Shown: one piece after another, positions 44,153 through 59,728 of the stretch | How the letters are laid out: each line of letters opens with the position of its first letter | Position numbering within the stretch: the stretch's first letter is position 1 | Origin: Eledone cirrhosa | Taxonomy: Eukaryota | Direction of reading: 5' to 3' | Length of the DNA: 64,000 nucleotides | Assembly: GCA_964016885.1 (NCBI GenBank) | Contig: OZ024740.1 | Span: 232,252,001 to 232,316,000 of the forward strand | Position numbers and translations under genes: made by a program | The notes under the pieces: model-generated | Told to the model about the DNA's origin: nothing | The model's database searches: none | What the model saw: only the letters and a program-made list of their open reading frames with translations

Positions 44153-44207
<55 letters not shown>

Positions 44208-44239
44208 GTAAGTATGTATATAAGTATGTATTTATATAC

Positions 44240-44306
<67 letters not shown>

Positions 44307-44325
44307 CATATATATATACATATAT
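42530..44325. repeat. Two interrupted (TA)n tracts (42530-42786, 43803-44325)
   Basis: Direct reading. Confidence 0.9.
43485..43800. mobile_element. Diverged fold-back pLTR copy with hammerheads (+ 43721-43782), family of 20600/27410
   Basis: TTAT CTGATGA GAACA...TGTATTC GAAA TGCGCA TA ATAA plus an inverted partner at ~43594-43660. Confidence 0.75.
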
Positions 44326-45078
44326 ATCGATGTATATGAATTCCAGTGTATATTTCAGTAAGTGTATACGTGTGACTGACGATAGATAGGTAACTAGAAC
44401 AACCAGGGGGGTAAATTGATAAAATACCTTCCTGTCTTCTCTCCCTTTCACTTATCATATCGTATACACGAACGACAAGAGAAACAATATCAACGCAAAG
44501 AACAACAACCAAACAACGACATTCATCACTATAAAAGTAAAGATACAAGATAAAAGTTAACGAAAATATCAAACAATGTATGTATAAAAAATATATAAGA
44601 AATAAAACTTCATCATGGACAGACATCTTATTTTATTTGCAGTGACGTATAGTAGACGATATAGACTAGTTAAAAGTCGGGCACGATGTAGGATATCGGC
44701 GCCATTACAGAGGAGAAACTATAAGGTCCGAAGAAAGATCTCGTGAACTCCAATAGACACACACACAAACTAATATATATATCATACTGTATATAAGAGT
44801 GGATTTCATATATATATGTATACACATATGTATACGTGTGCATGTGTGTTTGAATGTCTATATGTGTGTCTATATATAACGAAGGAATTGTAGTAAGGAA
44901 CCAGATGGACCATAACGCACCAGAGTACTCAATACTTAGGGTAGTTGAGTGGGTAATAGGAAAAAGTATGACCCCGACGGCAGTGCTCAAGCCGTTTCGG
45001 CGGCTATTTCCAGAAATAGCCGTCGAAACGGCTTGAGCTCTACCGTCGGGGTCATACTTTATATATATATATACATAT

Positions 45079-45144
<66 letters not shown>

Positions 45145-45869
45145 AGTATATGTTGGTTGTATACCAACACCTAAGTATGCAGGCTGGAGCACTCGACGAA
45201 GTGCGCAGGTTGGTTTGGTTACTCCGAAGTAATGTAAAATTTATATATATTTTATATATATATATATATACATATATAAATATAGCGGTCACCCATGTTT
45301 GGGCTGTGCTCAAATCTATTCATATGTCACCTTTTTCCATTCTATTGTCCTTAAAATAAAAGATGTTAAAAGGTATTTAAATATTGCATAACAGTATTTA
45401 AAAACTTATTTAGAATATCTAAATACAGAAAGCAATAAAGAAAATGATTGAAAAATGTATTCTACGAAAATTATAAAATATTTACAGATTTTCAATATAT
45501 GCAATGTTTCTATTTTTTTCTTATTTGGAATATATAAAAGGTTTTGGGATTTTCCTACTCTGGAAGTAACAATGATGGTAGTTGTGGTGGGGTTGGATTT
45601 GGGGCAATGTCACTCCTCTCAACGTTTGAGCTGTTGTCGCATGAAAGACGGGTCAATGATACGGAACGTACTACGTCCCTCATTTTTTCGCTTGTAGGGG
45701 AATAACAATTAATAAAGTTAAAATATTTGGAACAAGAAGCCCCAAATATTATTGGCACGCCCTTCCTCAGGGCAACAACAGTTCTTACAAAACAAAGGTT
45801 TTCAACAGGTTAATTCAACAAACTTACTGGGGGCGTACAAAAACACGTTTGGGTAATCCGGTTACAAAA

Positions 45870-46186
45870 ATTGTTTCTACTTTTGACACAAGGCTAGCAA
45901 TTACGCAGTGCATTACTGGTACTTTATTTTATCGACCCCGTAAGGATGCAAGGCAAAATTACCCTCGGTGGAATTTAATGGTTTCTTATATAGGCACAAG
46001 GCCAGCAATTTAGGGGGAGAAGAAAGTCGATTAAATCAACTGCAGTGCGTGACTGGTACTTCATTTTATCGCCCCGTAGGAATGAAAGCAAAGTTAACCT
46101 CGGCGAGATTTGAACTCAGACCGTAAAAGAACGTAACTCTATGCTGGAAAGCATGGCGTCCGACGCTTTAGCGATACTGCCAATCC
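45870..46186 (-). mobile_element. Two tandem SINE copies
   Basis: Shared core repeated twice. Confidence 0.85.
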
Positions 46187-46859
46187 AATAATAATGATAA
46201 TATTTTGTGTTTTCAAAACTCTTGCAATCGCTTGCTAGGTAAAGCGTTAATTGGCCTCAGACCAGTCCCTGATTGTAGAGGCTCAGGATATCCGGCAGGA
46301 TTCTGCCAGTGATAATGATGGTAGTAAATTTGGGCACTGCCTATGAAGTCAGAATCTCAAGGCTTTTGATGAAACATAAGGCGTTTAGCAACCATACCAA
46401 GCCCCCTAATGTCGATTGGCACGAATTTAACAATGAGCGCAGTTCTAATAGCGTCTGCAATGTCTGCATACTTATTGATCTTTTCCATTTCCTTTTCAGT
46501 CACATTGGGGTCTTTAAAATCGCATTATCAATTACTATCCATTTTGAGGGGTTGATCGTTGTAACAATTTTTTTTTTAATTTTGAGGTCTCAAAATAAGT
46601 CTACTCCCTCACCTGATAGACAAAATCAAGAGGTATATGTTCGTACCACTGACATAGCGTTTGTGTTTGTATATATATATATATATAAATATATATAAAA
46701 GAAAAAATGCCAACAGAAGAGCTAGAATGAAGTGTTCATTCTACTGACATGGCTATAAAATTGAGGGTTGTTTGCATAATTGCAAACGAATCGAATGTTA
46801 TTATTAATATTCGACAAACTCAGATTACATTTATATAAATAAATACATATACATATAAT

Positions 46860-46884
<25 letters not shown>

Positions 46885-46894
<10 letters not shown>

Positions 46895-48398
46895 AAACGG
46901 TAGATGTCTGACTGTGTGTATGATTTTTATGCATTTCCACATTTCTCTACCGATTTTGATGATTTCTTTTCCAATGTGCTCCAAATTTACCAGGGCAGGT
47001 CAACGCGTAATTATTTTTGCCAAAGATTTCCTGCTTCTATGAAAAAGAAACGATAAAACTAAATACATGCTGTAACCCTCGCTCTTACACGCTTCATTCC
47101 TCTCACTACTACCATCAAATATATATGAAACTACATACATATTGCAACTCTCTTTAAAAGGTTCATATTTTCCTCTACTCCCCCTTCAATCTCCTCTGCA
47201 ACTCTCTTTAAAAGGTTACTACCTCCGTCTACTACCCTATCACCATTACAATTTAGAACAACGACAAAACATCTTTTGAAGGAACGCGACACAATCTTTG
47301 AATGGTGACAACATGTCTGCAGGATTTGCTCAGAATATTTTAGCACTTGTTGAGGGCAAGGTCCCTGCGGATGACAAGAGCGGCATAGCAATCGACTCCC
47401 TGGCAACATTGTGAGCAGCCCTTCTGACCTTTGGGAAGCAGTTTTTCCTAATGTTTCATCTAACTTTAAAAATCTCGATTGGCTCAGCGAAAGAGCCATC
47501 CTTGCTCCGAAAAATACCATGGTTAATTTTATTAACGAGCAGCTGATTGAGAAGATTCCCAGTAAAGAACACATCTTCAAATCTATCGACCGGACGTCAG
47601 ACCCCGACGATATCGTTAATTATGCGATTGAGTTATTAAATTCCCTTGGGCCCCCAGGCTCCCACCTTACATCCTTAAGCTTAGCGTTGGCTGTCTCATT
47701 ATGCTAATAAGGAACTTGCGTCCACCAAAGCAGTGCAACGGTACTCGCATGGTCGTCAAGTCACTGACGCCCCACTTGATTGAGGCCACCATTGTAACGG
47801 GGTGCGAGAGAGGGGAGAATGTTTTCATTCCAAGGATGAACCTTTTCCCCTCGGCGTCAGATATCCCGTTCTACTTCTGGCGATCCCAATTCCCGGTGAG
47901 ACCATGTTTTGCCATGTCCATTAACAAGTCACAAGGGCAAACATTGTCGGTGTCGGGCATACATTTGGGGGAGCCATGCTTCTCCCATGGTCAACTTTAT
48001 GTTGCCTGTTCTCACGTAGGGAGCAGGAATTGACTTTTTGCTTACACTCCTCAAGGTATGACACGCAATATCGTCTACAAAGAGGTGCTATAGATGTTGG
48101 TGCAGGTGTTGGAGCTATGCCGTCTGGAAAATTGGTAGAGTCACACATAGCGGACAGATCTGACACCCAGCGGCATCAGAGCCACCATCTTGCAACTTTG
48201 GTCTACTAAATTCGCTATTGGAAGATTATTAACCCATCATTGATTATCCAAAATGCTAATTGGTTCGTAACTATTAATAACCAGTTCAACTGCTTTATGC
48301 ACTTAATTGATAAGCTTATGCGCTTTCAAGCTACGTTTACCTTATGTAACTTTTCATAGCAAATGAACAAACCCGAGCAACGCCAGGATAAACTGCTA

Positions 48399-48399
<1 letters not shown>
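46885..48399 (+). mobile_element. Non-autonomous Helitron retaining a degraded PIF1 helicase C-terminus (~47400-48092)
   Basis: WLSERAILAPKN, MLIRNL..PK.CNGTR, VFIPR, QFPVRPCFAMSINKSQGQTL, FSHGQLYVACS; 3' end CCCGAGCAACGCCAGG...CTAG|T at 48396-48400; 5' boundary approximate. Confidence 0.88.
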
Positions 48400-48448
<49 letters not shown>

Positions 48449-49858
48449 TGATTGTGTCTTATTGCAGTGTATTGCATACAAAACTGTCGTTATTTCCAGA
48501 TGTTCGAAGCACGCCGCGCTCATATTCTCAAAAAACATAAACAAAAACAACAACAAATGAGTAACGAGTTATTGATTATTCTAGGCGGATTATTCTGCTA
48601 AATGCAATGGAAACGATTTTGTTTAAGCTAGTTAGTAGTCTAATAGGTTAACGCTTATCTGGTCTCACTCTAATTGTAAATGAATCACTCAAATGAATAA
48701 TTTATTCAGCATATACGAACTGAAACTCTACTATGTAGCCTAATACTTTACACGATTTGTTTGTTCGAATATTTGTGTAATGCAAATTCAAACGTTCTGT
48801 CCAAATCTTAAAAAAATACCTTCAGCAATACATTAATATATATTCTGCATCTGCTGAAGGTATTTTCTTATGATACCGCCATGCAGGTGCACCGTCATTG
48901 TTGTTACACTTGTTTTCGTTCTACGTTGCTGAATGGGGGATTTAGACACTGCCTACCTGATTGGTAATTCAAGCTATGTTGTAGGCTGGTCTATCATATT
49001 AGATAGAGTAATATGTAAATGCTTTTTGAAACCATCTACATCCACCCCATTTTCAGGTTTTATTTAGCATAATAAAAAGCTAGGATCTTTGTATCGCACG
49101 CTATATTTCAATATCTCGACCAAACTTTAGATGTACAGAATGGGATGTTTGACACTATCCAGCGACGTTCTTTTCAGGAGTTAGTTCAGCACTCAGTGCT
49201 ACAGTGTGGTTCTAGCCTTCCATTTATATATTACTGCTTATCGTTTCCATGTTCAAGGAAATAGAGACTTAATTCCTTCAGCTTCTCCCAGTAGCACGTC
49301 CTTTATGTAGCCTTGTTAGGTTGCTTTAAATTTTTCAGTTAATTTGACACTGTGGGTAAACATAGCTGATAGCAATATTCCAGTTGGCTGAGGAAAAATG
49401 TCCTTTATAGAACCAAGATGGTTTTCTGGTCTAGTGTCCTGAATGGCCTCTGGATCCCTCCAGCAAATTGTCTACACATTGCCGCAACCTTATCGGCATG
49501 CGCATGGAACGACACATCATTTGCACATATAATTTCCCACACCATTGATTTTGACTAAGTGATTTTAATTACTCCTCATCCAGATAACTTTGTTGTTATG
49601 TGTTTAAGTTAGCAGGTTGATAGGAGATGGCTTGGAATGTTCCGGCATTAAAGACCATATGAATAAATTCACAAAAAAATATGTATGTTTGTTTGTGTGA
49701 ATGTATGTAGATATACAGACACGACAAAAATAAGCAGACCTGCAAACATAGAGACATACTTACACACGTCCAAAAATATACATACACCGACAACACAGAC
49801 ACACGCTCACACGAACAAAAACACACACACGCATACATACATACATGCATACATACAT

Positions 49859-50003
<145 letters not shown>

Positions 50004-50440
50004 CATACATATACATACATATACACAAACAGCCACACACACATATATATATACATACAAATATACGTACATACACACGTTAATTATAATTATGTTTCAG
50101 GGATTTAGAGATTTAAAAAGCTTTCTAAAGCGGCCGGAAGTCCATTAAAATTAGCGGATATGTTGTACGTCTGGCTGACTCCTCGACAATGTGTCTCTCT
50201 TTGCTCATGCTTACTGGCTCTACAGTACAGACACCTGTAAGAACGGTTCTATATAGATTACTGCTTTTATGATACCCAAATGACCATTTTTTCATTTATT
50301 TCTTCTTGAAATATCTTCATAATTAGGCTGTAATTAAATCTCGGTGTGTAGAATACTAAACGGAATAAAGAAATCATGGATTTACAATTTTTGTTTGAAA
50401 TTATATATGTACGTATGTCCATTGGTATGTATATGTGCCT

Positions 50441-50553
<113 letters not shown>

Positions 50554-51354
50554 GTGTGTGTGTGTGTATCTATGTATCATTGAGGATATGCATACGGTTG
50601 TACTTAACATCCGTTTATATATGTATTTATATTTATTTTGTTAGTGCATACATACGGATTCGATACACCTTCGCACGCACACACATACACAAACACACAC
50701 ACACAGATATATATATGTATGCATTTATAATTCACGCCTACGATTTTACATGTGCAACCAATAGTTTCATATGCATTAGAAGGCACCTTTACCTGAAAAT
50801 ATTACTAATATCTATCACTTGCTGTTTTTCAGACTTTCTTAGTTTTTTAATACAAGTAATATCGCGTGTGTGATTTCTATAATGAAACATTAACTCTGGT
50901 TTTATATGGAGTTCCTCCATTTTTCTTGTTGACATTTTTATTACAGGGAGAGAAAGAGAAAAGGGGAGAGAGACAGAGAGAGAGGGGGAGAGGAGAGAGA
51001 AGGGGATAATAAAATAACTTATGTCTTTGGTTTAAGTTTAATTTACACAATCTCTAAAATTAGGCTTCATTTCTGCCAAGACAAACGAAAGGGAAATGAG
51101 ATTTCTTTGTCTGATTTATAATTTTTAAATATTGATTATTGATGATGGTCTATTCTGGCTTATATATTAAGACTATTCCGGCTTATATATTCAGACATAT
51201 ACATGTAAGCTATAAAAAAAAGCTGTAATTCATTTTGTATGAATTAATTACATTTTATTTTGTACAATAAATTTATGTTTATAACTAATAATTATTCTCT
51301 TTATATATAAATTTATACATGCATATATATATATATATATACATTATCGTTTAT

Positions 51355-51464
<110 letters not shown>

Positions 51465-51469
51465 ATAAA

Positions 51470-52130
51470 CGAGGGTAAGTCAAGAATTATCCTCATTTTC
51501 ACCATAACATATCTTTAGGTTTGCCACACTGTTTTTTGCTCATTCATGTTTGTAGTTTGATCTTGATCGTACCAGTTTACTTGTTGCTGTTATAGTGTAA
51601 ACATGATCAGGATCTTTCCACTCCATACTCTGTCTTTTGGATCCTGGCTCATAATGATAGAACCACATTTCCTCTCCCGCGACTCTGTGAGTCTTCTGCT
51701 AATAAAAAAATTATTTGCCTTCATTGTTGTAATGCTAATGTAAACTTCGGCAGATTTCAGCACGTTTGTTCATGTTCCTTGCGTTAAGCTCTCCTGGGAC
51801 CCATCTTGCACAGACTTCATGGAAGCCAAACTCGTCTTGTCATCGATGATTCGATAGTCAGAACATGCCACCTCATCGATGATAACTCGCCAGTTCACCA
51901 TTACCATCTGTAGAGCTTGCTGAATCTCCTCGCCTATTCATCGGAGGCTTTTACCACAATATGGCGATAGTCGACTACCACGGAGAAGTGTGCATGAGTG
52001 GATCCTGAAGTTTAAATGTGGCCGGACAAGCGTGACGACCAGATAAATCGGATCACTGGTTTTGTTCCTCCTTGGAGCACACTACTAGAGAAGCGGCCAT
52101 GTTTACAATGTAAACAGCAGCTAGAAAATT
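51470..52130. mobile_element. Rearranged old mariner remnant
   Basis: CGAGGGTAAGTC end; minus-strand VCARWVP and WFYHYEPGSKRQSMEW; plus-strand QYGDSRLPRRSVHEWILKFKCGRTSV. Confidence 0.7.
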
Positions 52131-52334
52131 GGCGCGACCAAGATCAAACTTCGATCATGTATTAATATTAACTATACGCACAGATGAGCAGAAGGCAGTG
52201 TGACGAACCTAAATATATATTATAGCGAAGATGTTGATAATGTTTTTCTCCAAATGTTTCTGTTTTCTCTTTCTTCCTGAGGAAGGACTAGTGTCCGAAA
52301 CGATGAAACTAATATATATCTTCATTGTACTGTA

Positions 52335-52630
52335 TTTGCACCTAGGAAGTTTCCCACCGAGGCATAAATCTGGATAAAATTGTTTGTGGTAGACCAGCAG
52401 TCACCCAGGCATACCAGTCTCCCCTCTCCACGCCACCGATGATGCCCAAGTAAAAGGCAAAGGCTGATACAGCTTCGCACAAGTGACGTCAAAACTCATT
52501 TCTACAGCTGAGTGAACTGGAGCAACGTGAAATAAAGTGTCTTGCTGAAGGACACAATGTATCACCCGGTCCGTAATGGAACTCACAACTTTTCGATTGC
52601 AAGCTAACCACTGTGCCATGTGCCTTCACT
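52335..52630 (-). mobile_element. Second tRNA-derived SINE family with a CORE-like domain (fragment also at ~6160-6220 +)
   Basis: TGGCACAGTGGTTAG A box; GTGTCCTTCAGCAAGACACTTTATTTCACGTTGCTCCAG core. Confidence 0.7.
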
Positions 52631-52682
52631 ATCTATCTATCTATCTATCTATCATCTCTCTATCTCTCTCTTTATATATATA

Positions 52683-53321
52683 TAGGTACTATGACATAAC
52701 CTGTGTATTTGCTGGCATTAGCGTACATCTGTGCGCTTATGTTAGTAGATATATTAAATTATCTATATTTATCTCCAAATCACTGATTTGTCGAGCAAAC
52801 CTGCCAAAACCACTTCTAATTTTTTTGGGGGTGTTAGTAGGCGTCTGTCATCTTACCATCCCATTCCTACTGACTAGCCTCTGTGTCACGTGATTGATTC
52901 TTTAGAATCGGCCATATGATCAGTGGCAGTGAGAATTTTCAGTGGCTGGAATCCAGTCCTCGATAGCTGTTCCAGTTGCCGAATTATTATTATTTTTATA
53001 TGAGTCCCCAGTGTCCGCGCATCGCCTGGAGACTCGGCTGAGAATGACCTCCCTGATGACGCAATGAAATTCTCAACAGTTCATTACGTAACTGTCTTTA
53101 TCCCATTGCAGAAACTAATTAGTTGGAGTGAAAATTTAAGTAAGTTAATTTAAGTAAGTTTAATTTTTTTTTGAGAAATTTTCTTATTTTACGTCTTATA
53201 TATTACTGTTCTGCCTTCTCCTGCATTGAACCACCTAGGTACTATGACATAACCTGTGTATTTGCTGGCATTAGCGTACATCTGTGCGCTTATGTTAGTA
53301 GATATATTAAATTATCTATAT
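52683..53321. repeat. 86-bp identical direct repeats (period 553) in (TA)n
   Basis: TAGGTACTATGACATAACC...ATCTATAT at 52683-52768 and 53236-53321. Confidence 0.85.
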
Positions 53322-55568
53322 ATATATATAGTTTCAGAAGATCCCGTTAAGGGTGAAAGCAACGATTCTTTGCTTAAACTTTAATCTGTTATTTTAATAA
53401 ATATATATATATATGCATGTGTGTGTGTGTGTGTGAGGGAGGCGTATGCTCTATAATATATTAATAAATGCAGGTCGTACCTTTCTATTATGCCTGATTA
53501 AAAGTGACATTGTAATATAGAAATTAAAACAACTATGCTTTTTAACACCGAATTGTCTAAGTGGTAATATCTAACAGCCATCATAAAAATATGAAACTAT
53601 TTTACTGTCACTCTCTTGATATGAGTACATATATAGCAAATAGACATTGCTAACAACGCCTGTTGTTTGACGACACCTGAATGATATAACAATTGCATGG
53701 TATAATGACTGGAAAAGCCATTATAAATCAGAAGATGTGAAAGTTAAATAGAGTCAAGATTAATCGGAAAACCACCAGTTACCCTACTTACTGAACTGTC
53801 GAAACCATTGGCGATATCAAAGAACGAATGCCATGCAATGAATATGGTTGACATCATCTGCATACATATATATTCATATCTATATTGTTTATATAGTATG
53901 TGTGAACTTATACATATAAAAACACGCATAAACTGGATAAAAAGATATATAACCATTTGCAACATACATTCACACACACACACACAATACACGTGCAAAC
54001 ACAGAAACACACACACACACACACACATCATATATATATATATATTTATGTATGCAGTTTGTTTTCAGTGGGAAATAAGTATTTATGCTATTCTCTACGA
54101 ACAGCCTAAATATTTTATAACAACTGGCTTTAGTATAGAATATATAAACGTAAATGAATCATTCGGCTCCGAATAAAATTGTTTGCACTCTAGAAAAAGA
54201 TATTGAATACTCTTTAATACAATTGCTTACAAAAACATACTGTCCTTTATCTGATATATCTATACATTTCTTTTTAGATACATAATGTGTGACAATGAGA
54301 GGGAACTCCTATGCAGTGAGTCTTTTGTTTGCACTTATGAGAGCGACATCTAAATATATACATCCTTACTTCATTTCGGATCTGCTTTGCCATCCATTGT
54401 TCGAAGTTCGATGAATATATATCAATATAAGTAGATCTATTTCTCTTTTATTATTTCTGATCAAGACCGATGATTAAATTTATTCTAGCAAAGATCACCC
54501 GTCTTTTTACTATGCGCAAATAATCTAGGATCACATAATCCAATGTATCATTTTTTTTAAAACGACTGGATTTAAGCGAAATTTGACCGAATACAAACAG
54601 CAAAATCTAAACGTTTTGAGAGCAGGTGACTTGGTTTCGATTTCCATTGGAAATCAATTACTTCTATTCCTGCTGATAACGTTCTTCAGTTTAGTTAAGA
54701 CTTAACATCAGTATTTCGTAAACTATTACACCAAAATATGGAGTCATATTGACTGGTCGAAAGAACCATGTATTTGGTGAATTTTGGATTAATGAGAATA
54801 TGCTAGGTGTATCGGAGATTAAAAATTTGACGTTGCATTTCATTGAGTAGCATTTCAATGAGTAGCAATGACAGAATAGAAAATATTCACTGAATTAGAA
54901 AGAAAAACAATAACGTAAACATATGCACACGTAATTTGTTTCCCAATCATGTGTTTCCGATCACACTGAGTTGTACCTACTCGTAGATTTGATTAATAAA
55001 CTGTGAGTCGGATTTACTACAGGAAAATATACGGAAATCCATCATATGCACAATTCATTTTGTTTTGTTTTTTACATGATACAGCACAACCTTTTGATGA
55101 TTCTGCGTATTCAGCACCATTCCTCTGTAGTAAGTATTTATCTTTCCATCAATTAATATCCTTCTTGAATGTAATCTAGTAATCTTTCAATAATTGCTAA
55201 TTATTTAACGGTAAATTTACGAGACGAAGTGACTCAATTAAAGCTGAACCTGTTTTGAGACTGACGTAACTATGAACATACACATGAATTCAAACGGAAA
55301 ATGTTCGTTTCAGATATCTTGCATAATATTCGGGGCGAAAATTTGACAAAAATGGACCTTTAGGGTCAGTAAAACGTATTTAGCGTATGAAGGGGCTTTT
55401 GAAATGTTATCCCAGAGACATTAGAAACGTTCCGGTTACTGCGGGTTAGTTGAAACAGAAAGGGGATTCTATTGGTTTTTATACTATTTCAATAAATCTT
55501 ATGCTCTAAAAGAATTATTGAGTTCTACCCTGATTAGTGTTTTTTCCGGTCACCAAACCATGGACGCA

Positions 55569-55644
<76 letters not shown>

Positions 55645-56174
55645 ACACACACACACATGCACGCACACAAAGACACATATGTATATATATATATATATAA
55701 TAAATGAGTTTTTCGAATATTAATAACTACATTCGCTTCGTTTGCAATAATGCAAATAAGCCTAATTAAAAAAAATATTTTTGGAAGTGGAAAGCCGGTG
55801 ATTTATCGCACGTATATAGGAAACTGACTGGCCAGTCTGCTGATATGAAAATCTGGTTGATCAGTGGATCAGCAGATCTGACAGATCAGCCAGTCTGCTA
55901 ATATGCAAATCAACCCGATCGAACAAGATGCCGGATGAACCCACAGTACGAGTCGAAGTGCAAATAAGAGCAACAGCAACAAAGTCCCTATTGCATCAAT
56001 TGCCAAACATTGAAGGCTAGCTATAGAATGTGTAGCATCAATGGAGGTGCCAAAGCATTCCTCAGCATGTCGGTTGTAACACGTAACAGAGTAACATATA
56101 TATATATATGTGTATATGGCGGTGCCCCACCATGGTCTCGGCCGGAAAGCTGGGACAGGTAAAAGAGTAAAAGA

Positions 56175-56232
<58 letters not shown>

Positions 56233-56364
56233 TTATGGCTGAATACAATAAATGTAATCTGAGTTTTTCGAATATTATTAATAATATTCGATTACAATTC
56301 TGCAAACAGCCTCTTTAAAGCCATGTCAGTAGAATGACCACGCCATCCTTGCTCTTGTGTTGGC

Positions 56365-56492
<128 letters not shown>

Positions 56493-57240
56493 AGAAGTTA
56501 TATTTAAATTGTTGGGATACAACAAGCAAATATTTTTACAACTGATATAAAGAACTCAACAAATTATTGGAGTAAAAATACAATATATTAACAAATGGAA
56601 ACTATATTTATAAAACCATATTTATTTCATTATACATATATATCTATATTACTCACTCTCTCTCTATATATATATGTATATATATATGTGCGTGCGTGCG
56701 TGTGTGTGTTTGTGTGTGTGTGTGTGTGTGTGTATTTGTGTGTATTTGTGTGCGTGTGTGTGTATGTATGTTTATAAATAAGATGGAGTTCTTGCACTGA
56801 TTCCATCTTTCATACTTGACTCAAAAGGTAAATGGAAATTCATACTCACCTCAGGCTTCTTGAACTGGGGCCAAATCCAGAACCACATCTCTGTAAAGAG
56901 CTATGCCTGCACCTATATCTAGCGCAGGACGAGAAAGGGCATATCTTCAGGGCTATATATCTACCTCTCCGTACCGACTTGCCAGTTCACCTTAGGAACT
57001 AGTAAGGGGGAAATATGGTAAGGAAACATCCAAGTGTTCTAGATATAAAACTGAAGGATTGGAAAGCATGTTCTTTTGTTTAGTTTATGGTGTGGTTAGA
57101 AGAGGGAGGATGAGATGAGAATAGGTAATTGTTGTACACTTACACAAACGAACATGATTATGTCATGCACGCATACACACATAAACACTCTCTCTCTCTC
57201 ACACACACACACACGTACGCACATACGTACACATATATAT

Positions 57241-57284
<44 letters not shown>

Positions 57285-57508
57285 AAAAGAGTCAGGACCC
57301 CGACGGCTGAGCTCCGGCCGTTTCGACAGCTAGATCCGAACATATTATTATTATTATTATTTTTTTTTTTTAGTCCAGAATTAGCCGTCGAAACGGCTTG
57401 AGCTCAGCCGTCGGGGTCCTACTCGTTCCTATTACCCACTTTACTACCCTAAGTATTGAGTACTTTGGTGCGTTATGGTCCATCTGGTTCCTTACCACAT
57501 TTCCTTCG

Positions 57509-57559
<51 letters not shown>

Positions 57560-58219
57560 TATAGATATATATATATATCCAATGATGTTGACTTGTTCTT
57601 CTTTTTGGGAAATATCATCTTGGTTAAGAGAGTGGGACTGGCCTTGTGCAGTGCCTTTGCTCACTATAAAAGCTTCACGGCACATGCATTGCTTTATATC
57701 TGGATATCTCTCTACACTTGTCGTCACATGGTACCATGGGCCCAGCACTATGTGTCAATAATTGTCACAAGTGTAGTGTTTGTACCAGAGTTTTCAAGTC
57801 GCTGGCTGGACTAAAAAGTCACACTCGTTCAGCGCATCGGTAGGAGTTCTCCTACATCGATATACAGTAGTGGCCGTACTCGAAAACGAGTTGGCAGCCA
57901 CCATATATATATATATATATATATAGATATATATAATGACTCTCAACCATGACTGACCCCCAACGATCTTATAGACACCTGAAATCTAGGTATTGTTAGC
58001 TTAAGAGAAACTTAAAAATAAGGAGTGGCACCCCATTCTGAACTTGTTTATAGAATTCTTTCTGCCTTTGTTACTCTAAATATAAATTATAGCTTTAAAG
58101 AATTAGCTTTTAATGAATTCCCTTTTCTATCAACCAATGACCTCTACCCATCCCACTCCCTACCCTCTCCTACCATTTGAAGAGACCTATAAATACCATA
58201 TTTATATTTTGATACCCAG

Positions 58220-58266
58220 ATTCCTGATGATTTCTAAAGAATGAAACAGTTCTAGTCCTGTAGAAT
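58220..58266 (+). ncRNA. Type I hammerhead ribozyme
   Basis: ATTC CTGATGA TTTC taaa GAAT GAAA CAG ttctagtc CTG TA GAAT. Confidence 0.7.
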
Positions 58267-58300
58267 ATCATCTATATTAAAACTATATATATATATATAT

Positions 58301-58560
58301 ATAGTTATGTAATAAACAACATAAGGCAATTATTCCATTTACCAGTGGTTTCTTAAGAGCAAAAAAAATTGCTTTCAATCATCAGAATGAAAAAATCCTG
58401 GTCTCTTTTTTCATTCTGATGATTGAAAGCAAAATTTTTTGCTTTTAAGAAACCACTGGTAAATGGAATAATTGCCTTATGTTGTTTATTACATAACTAT
58501 TAAACTCTGTTACCTACATAGAGCACTCTTTTTTCCTGGACTTTTCCGACGGAATTACTT

Positions 58561-58563
<3 letters not shown>
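58301..58563 (+). mobile_element. Fold-back element: ~95-bp inverted arms + 63-bp tail, hammerhead at 58410-58467 (mirror on minus strand)
   Basis: TTCATT CTGATGA TTGAAAGCAAAA..TTTTGCTTTTAA GAAA CCAC TGG TA AATGGA; tail resembles 15110-15180; degenerate relatives at ~10220-10400 and ~11085-11260. Confidence 0.8.
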
Positions 58564-58612
<49 letters not shown>

Positions 58613-58825
58613 AAGAATGAAGAGTAACATGGTTGGCTGCGTTGGAGCCTGTATAGAAATTACCGCAAACTCGCTGCATAGCTATGGAAACATCTTGTTG
58701 AGTCAGACAAACCCGTACGTTAAAACTATCCACGACGCAGAGTACTCACAACCTCTAACTGGATTACCTATAACGATAACTTGTTATCCCATATAATTAT
58801 ATATATATATATACATACACATATC

Positions 58826-59256
<431 letters not shown>

Positions 59257-59692
59257 AAGAGAGAGAAAGAGAGAGAAAGAGAGAGAAAGAGAGAGAGGTT
59301 TTTTTTACAAAATGAAAAAAAAACGAGGTGTCCTACACGAGTGAAAGTATAAGGAAAAAAGATGAAATCGAAAATGCAACTGCACTCTTTTTTTTTTTTA
59401 ATATATATTTATTTGGTTCCTTTACCGGTTTTGCAGTTCTGCTTTTCATATGCAGAATTGAGTCAGAGGGTTTGTGGTTTTTCAAAACACAAACCCTCTA
59501 CGGTTCTTATATATTTGATATATATTTATCCTTATCGAGCCCTCATTGTATTTTAGTCTTCAAATTTATTATTATTATACTATATAATATATATATATAT
59601 ATATAGTTAAAAATTGAACAGGAACAAAACAAAGAGGCAGTACGAACAAAGGTTTATTAATTTCACGCTCTTGAGAGTGAGGTGGTGGTGGG

Positions 59693-59728
59693 GAACGACG
59701 TTTCGGGCATAAGCCCTTCTTCAGGTGA
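59693..59728 (-). ncRNA. Minimal hammerhead core, weak stem I
   Basis: CTGAAGA AGGGC ttat GCCC GAAA CGTC. Confidence 0.5.

Noticed and set aside
47701-48033. Host PIF1 gene
   Set aside because: Intronless, frameshifted and followed by a Helitron-type 3' end (CTAG|T); it is TE-derived
48850-49600. Possible very old RTE reverse-transcriptase remnant on the minus strand
   Set aside because: Only a vague WEIICANDV resemblance; too degraded to support without a search
52272-52310. Intact hammerhead CTGAGGA-GGAC/GTCC-GAAAC
   Set aside because: Core and stem II present but no valid stem III or cleavage triplet; counted only as a remnant
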